Source: an uncultured Kaistella sp. (lineage in GTDB: Bacteria; Bacteroidota; Bacteroidia; Flavobacteriales; Weeksellaceae). From it: 64,000 nucleotides of DNA. The stretch lies in NCBI GenBank assembly GCA_964532055.1, contig CAZHFE010000001.1, positions 3,576 through 67,575 on the forward strand. The letters run 5' to 3'. The notes beneath the pieces were generated by a model that was not told the DNA's origin, did not search any database, and worked only from the letters and a program-made list of their open reading frames with translations. The position numbers were made by a program, and so were the translations under genes. Below, one piece after another: positions 48,749 to 56,594 of the stretch. The number at the start of each line of letters is the position of its first letter. Position 1 is the first letter of the stretch.

Positions 48749-50057
48749 ATTGCGGCATATTAAAATTTAGGTTATCAAAAAAGCCTAAATATGGAATAGC
48801 ACCATATTTACCTCTAATGTAATTATCTTCAAAAGGTTCATTTTTCTTAACTTCATCAGACTTAAAGTTTGCTAAAGAATATAGTTTAGCCTCACCGTAT
48901 TTATCTTTATTCGTAAACCAAATTTGGTCTCTTCTAAATAAGCCTGAACTTAATAAGTTAGTATCGTGAGTGTTGAAAATTAATTGAGCGTTTTTTGTAT
49001 TGAATTCTTTTGAGTTAAACAAAGAAACAATTTTACACACTAAATTGGGATGTAACTTTGAATCAAGTTCGTCAACAACTAAAGTGTCGCCGTTTTCAAT
49101 GACATCTAAAATAGGACCCGTTAAAGCAAAAAACTTTCTTGTCCCCGAAGATTCATCTTCATCAAGAGAAAAATTCACATTGCCCAATAATTGCTTATTT
49201 AAGTCATACTTTTTATGGGTTGTCAATATATCAGCAAAAAACTGAGTGTTTTCTTCTTTCATTTTCCTAATAATTTCATCCTTCATCTCTTTAGGCATTC
49301 CTGTAGGCAATTTATCAATATCCAATTTTTGAATCTTAATATCCTGAATCCCTAAGTCAGCAGCTTTTAATAATTCAAGAATTTTTGCTTTATGTGTTGG
49401 AATTTCGGTTTTGCCAACAGTAAAACCTTGATATCCGATTTCATCTAAACCTGAAAGGAATTTCAGTTTTTTAAACCAATCAACGACTGCAATAGCTATT
49501 TTTTCATTGAATTGTGCTGCAACTGAAATGAAAAGAGCATTATCTCTTACAAGCCCTCCTTTTATTACTGCTGAACCTCTTGTGAATTTTCTGCTATGAG
49601 TTTCAAATTGATTTCCATCTCTGTAAAACAATTCAATCTCCTTTGTTTTAGGTTTATGATATAGCCATTCTGAAACAATATTTTCTTTAGTCGCTTCAAA
49701 ACCATAACGAAATAATTCTCCATTAAAAAGAAAAATAATTTCAAATTCAGATGGCTCATTTTCGGTTTCTTTACTTAAACGAAATGGTTCAACTTCAATG
49801 CTTTCTCCTTTTTGAGTTTCTTTTGAACTATTAATCACAAAATATCTCATAAAAGCAATAGCATCTAAAAATTTACTTTTTCCACTTGCGTTTGCTCCAT
49901 AGATTACTGCACTTTTGAGTAATCTGTAATTAAATGTTTGGTCTTCAAAAACATTCTCTACTTCTCGTGTTTCTTTATCATAATTAGAAGCAATTAAACT
50001 CAAAGTTGCTTTATCCTTAAAGATTCTGAAATTTTTAACTGAAAATTGTAGAAGCAT
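48723..50057 (-). CDS. RloA/AbiLi-like ABC-type ATPase
   Basis: IYGANASGKS, ESSGTRKFF, LVVDELDSKLHP, QLIFNTHD, RRDQIWF, YIRGKYGAIP. Confidence 0.92.
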   Translation of the reverse strand: MLLQFSVKNFRIFKDKATLSLIASNYDKETREVENVFEDQTFNYRLLKSAVIYGANASGKSKFLDAIAFMRYFVINSSKETQKGESIEVEPFRLSKETENEPSEFEIIFLFNGELFRYGFEATKENIVSEWLYHKPKTKEIELFYRDGNQFETHSRKFTRGSAVIKGGLVRDNALFISVAAQFNEKIAIAVVDWFKKLKFLSGLDEIGYQGFTVGKTEIPTHKAKILELLKAADLGIQDIKIQKLDIDKLPTGMPKEMKDEIIRKMKEENTQFFADILTTHKKYDLNKQLLGNVNFSLDEDESSGTRKFFALTGPILDVIENGDTLVVDELDSKLHPNLVCKIVSLFNSKEFNTKNAQLIFNTHDTNLLSSGLFRRDQIWFTNKDKYGEAKLYSLANFKSDEVKKNEPFEDNYIRGKYGAIPYLGFFDNLNFNMPQYENEEQKS

Positions 50058-50361
50058 AATAATTTCGCTTTTGTTAAATTTTATTACAAAGATAATACTT
50101 ATTTATTTCGCATATACAAAATAAATGTAATTTTTAACAAATTTACGATTTAAAACGCTTTTATTTTACGAGTATTAACAAAATAATAATTTCCATAGAG
50201 GTGTTTTTATTATAAGATATTTTTAATACTTTATGATGGTTGATGTTTAATTTTGCAAAAATTCAGGTGTTTTTCAAGTGGAAACTCAAAGCCAAATTTA
50301 AAATCTCAACTTAACAAATATATCTCTTTAAAAGTTTTGCTACCTTTCTAATCATTCATAA

Positions 50362-50395
50362 AAAATGCTACTTATGTCTAAATAAGTAGCATTTT
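50362..50395 (-). terminator. Terminator after the OB-fold membrane gene
   Basis: aaaatgctactta-N8-taagtagcatttt. Confidence 0.75.
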
Positions 50396-50415
50396 ACTAT
50401 TATCAACTCAATTCA

Positions 50416-51672
50416 TCACTCCCACAACTCGCAATTTTTAACAACCACATCCGTCAGAGAACGTCCTGAGCAAGTTCCGATAATCTGAACCTTCTGACCT
50501 TTATTAAGTTGGGAAAGAACTTTATTATTTTTATCCGAGAAATAGCAGTTCACACTTTGCAGGTAGTCGATTTTCAGAGAAACATAAGGGTCATCCAATA
50601 CATCCTTTCCAATTGTTCCTACAACTCCTTTAATCAGTAGTCTTTTTCCTTTATATTGTCCATCTGCTGAAACTTCATTAGCTTCATAGGCATTGTAAAG
50701 TTCCGATGCTGATACTTCCATATCAACCTTTGGAAACAGCTTGCTGTTAGGGTCAACTTCTTTCAGCTTGGTTAAAAATCCGTCTTTGGTGGCAAGATAA
50801 GGATAGATATAACTTCCTTTGTCATTCCAAGAAGAAAGACCTTTATTTTTAGCCTCGTAAAGTGCTTCTAAATTTTGCTTATCCGGGTTCATTAAAGCAA
50901 AGAAAGGGGTTAAATCATAGTCGTATTTGATTTGCTGTGAGTTCATATTCGCATCATACGTCATTCCTTTTACTCCAGATGCATTGAATTTGTTTTTATA
51001 ACGGACAAAGACATCAATAATCTCTTCCGGCAATCCGCCATTTACAGTTGGCATAGCCAAAGCACCACACTTAACCACAAAATCCATTTTGTTTTCTCCG
51101 TCTTCGGAGGATGTTACCTGTTTTTCCAAATCTGCATTAATAGCATAATTCTTAGACGAAATATTAGTAATTCCATTGGTTATAGCGTTGAGAACCGGCA
51201 GATATTCCGAACTCACAACTTTTTCAGTCACCAGCTTAGTATAAACCGGATTTTCTTTTAATGCGGAAAGCAGTTTCTCTCTGTTGGCTTTCAACTCCGG
51301 AGAAAGAGAAGCAATATTTTTAGCCGATTCGTCAAGATAGCTTTGATAAGGGTTTTGATTGACAACCTCTTCGGTTTTTTCTTTTGTAATCGAAGTGGAA
51401 GCAGGAAATTTTGTTTTGTTGGCTGTTATTCCAATCAAAGCCAACAGCACAGCATAAGAAACATACCGGACAGCCCGACTGTTCCATTGCTTTAATTTTT
51501 GTTTTAAATTTTCCGAGACCGGAGGAAGGATAACCACTCCTAAAATTGCAGAAATTAATCCTGCGAGCACTTCTTTCTGTGCAATCATTCCGAGTGCGGC
51601 AATGATGAACAATGCACCGATAATAAACTTTACGATTCTCATAAGACTGATATTTTTAAAATTAAACTTCAA
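50416..51672 (-). CDS. Membrane-anchored protein with C-terminal tRNA_anti-like OB fold
   Basis: Three N-terminal TM helices; C-terminal VSASELYNAYEANEVSADGQYKGKRLLIKGVV...LNKGQKVQIIGTC. Confidence 0.8.
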   Translation of the reverse strand: MKFNFKNISLMRIVKFIIGALFIIAALGMIAQKEVLAGLISAILGVVILPPVSENLKQKLKQWNSRAVRYVSYAVLLALIGITANKTKFPASTSITKEKTEEVVNQNPYQSYLDESAKNIASLSPELKANREKLLSALKENPVYTKLVTEKVVSSEYLPVLNAITNGITNISSKNYAINADLEKQVTSSEDGENKMDFVVKCGALAMPTVNGGLPEEIIDVFVRYKNKFNASGVKGMTYDANMNSQQIKYDYDLTPFFALMNPDKQNLEALYEAKNKGLSSWNDKGSYIYPYLATKDGFLTKLKEVDPNSKLFPKVDMEVSASELYNAYEANEVSADGQYKGKRLLIKGVVGTIGKDVLDDPYVSLKIDYLQSVNCYFSDKNNKVLSQLNKGQKVQIIGTCSGRSLTDVVVKNCELWE

Positions 51673-51768
51673 TTTTATTCTCTTTCAGCCCCAGAAAGAT
51701 TCATAAAACCGGAAACCGACCTTTAATAAAATGAGTTTCCAATTTTAAAGATTGTTTATTGGTTTTCC

Positions 51769-51784
51769 TTACGGAAATCCGTAA
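51769..51784. repeat. TTACGG-N4-CCGTAA palindrome, copy 2
   Basis: ttacggaaatccgtaa, extended by flanking tattggtt/aaccaata. Confidence 0.75.
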
Positions 51785-51819
51785 AACCAATAAAAAAAGG
51801 CGTGAGGACTTAACCAAAC

Positions 51820-51931
51820 GCTTCAAAGGCATCGCCAAACGCCCTATAACAATATGGAAAGCCCCACACCAAGTGTGGTAGCGGTTTTCCATATTCTCTG
51901 TTATAATTTGAAATTGGCGATTTCTTGAAGC
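51820..51931 (-). ncRNA. Structured RNA candidate: five nested stems
   Basis: gcttcaa/ttgaagc, atcgccaa/ttggcgat, tataac/gttata, aatatggaaa/tttccatatt, ccacac/gtgtgg. Strand inferred from the flanking genes. Confidence 0.6.
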
Positions 51932-52220
51932 AAGAATATGATTACACTACTTTGTTTTATCTATATTAAATTTACTTTTCTTATAAGTTTTATTTTTTAA
52001 CTTCTGCTAATATAGAAATTTCCTTCCATAAATTAAATCGGTTGCTTTAAAATTATATTCCTTTAAAAATTTTCGCATCAGCGAAAATTCCTCTATTCAT
52101 GGTATTTTCAACGGGTTTGTTGAAATATTTTACATTCAAAATTCGGTTGTTTTTCCTGCGATATTTCCGTTCAAAATTCCTTTTGGTGTTATCCCTTTGC
52201 TTTTAAAATTTGAAGGAATT

Positions 52221-52898
52221 TTAAACCTCTATTTGCGCTTGAAAAAATCTATCATATAATATCAACACTTGAGATGAGGTAAATTCACAGCCTCTGCTGG
52301 TCTTGAAACCGCTTTTATTCAGCTCATCAGCAATCTTTCCGTAACTGTTTCCGGCATTTCGTAATGAAACAATGAGGGCAGTTGCCTTACGGTTGTTCTC
52401 ATTTTGAAGAGCCTTTAACCTCATCGCCTCGCTTCCCATTTGTCTGGCTTTGGCAGTTAGGTTATTTGGAGTTCCAAGTTTTACGCCTTTCGCTTTGAGT
52501 TCCTGAAGTGCAGCAATGGTTCTTTTGCTGATGAGTTCCCGCTCTTCTTGTGCAAGAACTGCCATTATTCCGATTGTAATCGAATTGGCTTCCGGCATAT
52601 CACAGCATTTGAAATCTATATTGCTATCCTTCAATAAAAAGATAAACCCAGCATTTCTGCTGAGTCTATCAAGTTTAGCGATGAGCAAGGTTGCACCTTC
52701 ATTCTTACTTTTCTCTATGGCTTTCAGGAGCTGAGATCTGTTATCATTCTTGCCACTCTCAATTTCCTCGAATTCGTCTATCAGAATATCATCATCTTTG
52801 AGATAATTTCTTACCATTGATTTCTGGGCTTCCAATCCTAAGCCGGAATTTCCTTGTCTCTGAGTTGACACTCTGTAATAGGCTATGTATTTTTTCAT
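52221..52898 (-). CDS. Small serine recombinase (resolvase/invertase family)
   Basis: YIAYYRVSTQRQ, ESGKNDNR, AKLDRLSRN, AQEERELISKRT, GVKLG, C-terminal HTH. Confidence 0.93.
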   Translation of the reverse strand: MKKYIAYYRVSTQRQGNSGLGLEAQKSMVRNYLKDDDILIDEFEEIESGKNDNRSQLLKAIEKSKNEGATLLIAKLDRLSRNAGFIFLLKDSNIDFKCCDMPEANSITIGIMAVLAQEERELISKRTIAALQELKAKGVKLGTPNNLTAKARQMGSEAMRLKALQNENNRKATALIVSLRNAGNSYGKIADELNKSGFKTSRGCEFTSSQVLILYDRFFQAQIEV

Positions 52899-53041
52899 TT
52901 TTAGTAGTTGGGTTGGTTTGTAATGGTGCTTGAACGCTCGTTTATGAAATTCAACGGCAGTGATTTCCTATGCAAATATTTAATTTTCAGGGTCTGATTC
53001 TCTTAAGCATGCCTCATTTGCCTCGTTATATGCACAAATTG

Positions 53042-53785
53042 TCACGAAAATTCAATGTGTTTTTTGTTTATTAAATCCACCTCTTCATTTAGCAAGTCGC
53101 TTGGAACTGTCCAGTAGGAAAGGCTTTTGTAAGTCCAGACCCTGTAAATTATATCCTCATATTCAACTAAATTCCCAAAGTACCTTATATGAGAAACTAT
53201 CTTCAAAAAAGTGGAATTATTGCCGAATTTCTCACGGATTGAATAGAAATGAGGATTGTTTTGCATCGTTTTAGCAAACGTCCATTCCATACGTTCTAAA
53301 GTTTCCCCTGCGAACTGGTCAGTCAGATTGAAATGACCTCTGAGTTTGTAGATGTCTTCACTCCAGTATTTGCGTTGGATGTTTTGGTCAATACCTGTTT
53401 CATCTTCTACAGGGATTTTGTTGGCTCTTAAAAAGTCTGCAAAGATGTGACGGTAGCAAAACTCGTTGCCTTCTCCATATCCGAGCAGGACAACCTTAGT
53501 GGTATTCTCTTCTTTGCAGAACTGTCTGAGGTCAGTCAGTAGTTTTTCTACTCCCTTTCTTTCCACCTTTTTCCGGTAAAGTAGATTACAGGCTAAAAAA
53601 TCTCCTGCTCTCTGATTATCATACATTCTGAATATACTGAACCCTACCAGCTTTCTGACCTTCTCCGAGTTTCTGAAACTTCCATAGACTTTCCCTACAA
53701 CGCTTACCAGTGTATAGCCTTCATAGGTTTTTGTGTTTAAACTCTCGAAACTTTCAGTAACTATCTGTAAATCTGCATTTTTCAT
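53042..53785 (-). CDS. DUF488-like domain fused to an uncharacterised WTFAKTM..PH.Y domain
   Basis: VVLLGYGEGNEFCYRHIFADFL resembles the DUF488 LLCxE..FCHRH motif; C-terminal WTFAKTMQNNPHFYSIR...SYWT. Confidence 0.55.
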   Translation of the reverse strand: MKNADLQIVTESFESLNTKTYEGYTLVSVVGKVYGSFRNSEKVRKLVGFSIFRMYDNQRAGDFLACNLLYRKKVERKGVEKLLTDLRQFCKEENTTKVVLLGYGEGNEFCYRHIFADFLRANKIPVEDETGIDQNIQRKYWSEDIYKLRGHFNLTDQFAGETLERMEWTFAKTMQNNPHFYSIREKFGNNSTFLKIVSHIRYFGNLVEYEDIIYRVWTYKSLSYWTVPSDLLNEEVDLINKKHIEFS

Positions 53786-53840
53786 TACTTAAAGATACAA
53801 AAATTTTCGCATACGCAAAAATAAATCACTGATATACTGT

Positions 53841-54035
53841 AAGTTACAATCAGGATGTCAAGTAACTTTATAAAAACTGCCTAACACTACTGCTGGTGGT
53901 TTGAATGTTTCTGACTCTTCCCATACTTCCTAACCCTATCTACCTTTCTCCTCTCTGCTATATAATTAATTTACTCTGTACTGTACAGAGTTCACAGAGT
54001 AAGGTGTAGGGGATATTTTCTTTTCCCCTATATAC
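53841..54035. other. Inverted-repeat cluster, candidate origin (oriV/oriT)
   Basis: aagttac/gtaactt (53841-53868), actctgtac-t-gtacagagt (53973-53991), tagggga/tccccta (54007-54030). Confidence 0.35.
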
Positions 54036-54061
54036 CCCATTACTACTGTACACATTTTTTC

Positions 54062-54814
54062 CTAATCAATTTTTTTAAATTTCCGCTTCAAATGAACATT
54101 GATTTTGATGAGGTCTGAGCCTTTGATTAAAATTCCTCTCGCTGATTTTATGCAATACTGTTTATTGAAACTGATGTGCTTCATAAATTCTGCACTCACT
54201 TTGTTTCCCCTATCATCTTCTAAATAAAAATGGTTTTTCTTAATCGAAATAAAGTTGTTTTTTAAAGCCTCTTTTTTCAAGTTCTCTGCTGTGGTAACAG
54301 AAACGCCCAAACACTTGGCAAAATACCTCACAGGAAGGTCGTAAAAGTTTTTAGGATAAGCATAGGTATTCATACTGGGTATTCCATTAATTACACCCGA
54401 CACCTTATTTTTCTTATCCGTAAATTTTTTTGAGTTCCTGTAAAATCCTATAAGTGCAGCAGCACAAAGTCCACGAAAATCTTTAAAATCATTTCTATCA
54501 AATTTTAGAGCAGTTTGTGAACTTAATCTGTATTGCCGTTTTAATTGAACATAACTTACTACCCTCAACGATTGTTTTTTGGAGTTAAAAGAAAGCCATC
54601 TTTTTCTCAGCATCCAATCCAGAGAACTCTTAAAGGTTTTTACATTAATCCCTATTTCTTTTGCCTATATTTTATGACTGTCGGCTTTCACAGACAAATG
54701 ACCGCTGGATATGCACTTTAGAAAAATGTATATTTTAAGATGATTGAGTTTTCGTCTGGTAATAGCAAATTGTATTAACCCAATAGGAATTGTTGTGTAA
54801 GCCCCCTTCATCAT
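54062..54814 (-). pseudogene. Rep-like/HTH protein (250 codons) interrupted by an in-frame TAG at 54665-54667
   Basis: Frame is open from ATG 54814 (MMKGAYTTIPIGLIQFA...) to 54062 except for TAG at codon 50. HTH-like segments AKEIGINVKTFKSSLDW and YFAKCLGVSVTTAENLK. Confidence 0.65.
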
Positions 54815-54942
54815 AACCTTGCGAAATTTTGAGGGGTTTGTGCTAATGGGTATAAGCCTGCCTCTTCCAAGATGGGCTTCAGGTCATACAATCTCTTTAA
54901 ACCTTCATAAAATTGGTTCGTAATGAGTTTCGCTACGGGTAC
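54811..54942 (-). other. Orphan 3' exon-like segment: alternative LSR C-terminus used in the excised form
   Basis: In frame with the LSR across the core: VP-VAKLITNQFYEGLKRLYDLKPILEEAGLYPLAQTPQNFARL*; the stop overlaps the next ATG. Confidence 0.7.
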
Positions 54943-54955
54943 TTAAAACACTGAT
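54925..54955. other. attR site
   Basis: gagtttcgctacgg-GT-acttaaaacactg. Confidence 0.75.
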
Positions 54956-54978
54956 GATTTGATAATTGTCAGTGTTTT
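54945..54978. terminator. Host hairpin (original tRNA-Leu/pyrD convergent terminator)
   Basis: aaaacactga...tcagtgtttt starting 3 nt after the GGTAC core. Confidence 0.7.
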
Positions 54979-54988
54979 TGTTTAACAG

Positions 54989-55996
54989 TTACCCTATATT
55001 TAATATTTCCTCATTAATTTTCTTGATTAAACTAGACCCCTCATAAATAAATCCGGTATACAACTGTACCAAACTTGCTCCTGCATTGAGTTTTTCTATG
55101 GCGTCTTTTGCAGAATGAATTCCGCCGACTCCGATAATCGGGAATGCTTTGTTGCTTTTTTCTGAAAGAAAACTAATAACTTCCGTAGAACGTTCTGTTA
55201 AAGGTTTTCCGGAAAGTCCGCCTGTTTCTTTTTTGTTTTCGGAAACTAAATTTTCTCTCGACAAAGTTGTGTTTGTTGCAATAACACCTGCAATTTTGGT
55301 TTCTTTCACAATGTCGATAATATCCAGCAGTTGTTCGTCGGATAAATCCGGTGCGATTTTCAGAAGAATCGGTTTCGGGTTTTGCTTTTCAGAATTTAGT
55401 TTTTGCAGTTCACATAAAAGTTTCGTTAAAGGTTCTTTATCCTGCAATTCCCGAAGATTCGGCGTGTTTGGCGAAGACACATTAACTACAAAATAATCCA
55501 CATAATCAAACAGTTTTTCAAAACAGATTTTGTAATCATCTGCTGCATTTTCATTCGGCGTGATTTTATTTTTCCCGATGTTTCCGCCAATCAGAATATT
55601 TTTATTTTTGTTTAATCTTTCAACTGCCGCATCAACTCCGTCATTATTAAATCCCATTCTGTTGATGATTCCCGAATCTTCAATCAGCCGAAACAATCTT
55701 TTTTTATCGTTTCCTGGTTGTGCTTTCGGCGTTAAAGTCCCGATTTCGACAAACCCGAATCCTAAATCTGACAGTTCTTTGTAGAGTTTCGCATCTTTAT
55801 CAAAACCTGCCGCTAAACCAACCGGATTTTTGAATTTTAAACCGAAAACTTCACGCTCTAATCGTTTGTCTTCAATCGGTCTCGGAAAAAATAATTTTGC
55901 TAAAAACCCGAAATTCTTTAAGAAAGAAAAAGTAAAATGATGAACTTTTTCGGGGTCGAATTTGAAAAGAATAGGTCGGATTATGTTTTTGTACAT
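54989..55996 (-). CDS. pyrD: Quinone-dependent dihydroorotate dehydrogenase
   Basis: [44 protein letters not shown]. Confidence 0.97.
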   Translation of the reverse strand: MYKNIIRPILFKFDPEKVHHFTFSFLKNFGFLAKLFFPRPIEDKRLEREVFGLKFKNPVGLAAGFDKDAKLYKELSDLGFGFVEIGTLTPKAQPGNDKKRLFRLIEDSGIINRMGFNNDGVDAAVERLNKNKNILIGGNIGKNKITPNENAADDYKICFEKLFDYVDYFVVNVSSPNTPNLRELQDKEPLTKLLCELQKLNSEKQNPKPILLKIAPDLSDEQLLDIIDIVKETKIAGVIATNTTLSRENLVSENKKETGGLSGKPLTERSTEVISFLSEKSNKAFPIIGVGGIHSAKDAIEKLNAGASLVQLYTGFIYEGSSLIKKINEEILNIG

Positions 55997-56096
55997 CGGA
56001 GAAAAGTTTTACAAAAATACCGAATTTTGTTGGAAGTTTGAAGACGAAAGTTTGTAACATTTTTCTTTCCTTTACCTCTAAACATAAAATCACTCG

Positions 56097-56594
56097 ATGC
56101 AGGATTTACATTTTGAAACCATTTACGAAAAATTCCGAAAGCCGATTTTCAGGCTTTGTATGGGTTATGTAAATGATGATGAACTTGCAAAAGATTTGGT
56201 GCAGGAAACTTTCATCGCGGTTTTTCGGCAGCTCCCGAAATTCCGGCACGAAGCAGCGATAGGAACTTGGGTTTACAGAATTGCTTCAAACATTTGTCTT
56301 AAACAGATTAATCTGGAAAAAAGAATGCCCAAATCGGAAATTCCGGCTTCGCTGAAAGATAATGATACACTTCACGAAAAAATCGAGAAAGATAGAATGA
56401 CAGATTTTTTGTATCAATGTATTTCAGAGCTTCCGGAAACGGAAAGAATCATTATCTCTATGGAACTGGAAAATGTGAAACAAGCCGAAATCGCAGAAAC
56501 TCTGGGAATCTCTGCCGGAAATGTGAGGATAAAAATCCACAGAATTAAAGAAAAATTAACCGAAAAATTCAGACATTATGGAAACCCAATATAA
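56097..56594 (+). CDS. ECF sigma factor
   Basis: AKDLVQETFI, TWVYRIASN, region 4 QAEIAETLGISAGNVRIKIHRIK. Confidence 0.93.
   Translation: MQDLHFETIYEKFRKPIFRLCMGYVNDDELAKDLVQETFIAVFRQLPKFRHEAAIGTWVYRIASNICLKQINLEKRMPKSEIPASLKDNDTLHEKIEKDRMTDFLYQCISELPETERIIISMELENVKQAEIAETLGISAGNVRIKIHRIKEKLTEKFRHYGNPI

Larger units (their letters stand above)
40282..54942. mobile_element. ~14.7 kb LSR-integrated defence island at the tRNA-Leu(TAA) 3' end
   Basis: GGTAC cores at 40282-40286 and 54938-54942; joining the inner halves gives an inverted repeat around GT; LSR at the left end; housekeeping pyrD resumes right after. Confidence 0.85.

Noticed and set aside
51701-51892. 63-aa ORF overlapping the long hairpin, considered as a type I toxin or leader peptide
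   Set aside because: No clear TM helix or recognisable motif, and the AUG is sequestered in a stem. It is kept only as an alternative within the RNA finding.
50106-53826. Shared TTCGCATA..CAAAA(A)TAAAT word at 50,106 and ~53,805
   Set aside because: It coincides with the expected -33 TTTG promoter region of two minus-strand genes, so it is adequately explained as promoter sequence.
40260-54990. Long tRNA 3'-end direct repeat (tyrosine-integrase-type attR), prophage or ICE genes
   Set aside because: Only a 5-bp core is repeated; no tyrosine integrase, capsid, terminase, relaxase or T4SS gene was recognised.
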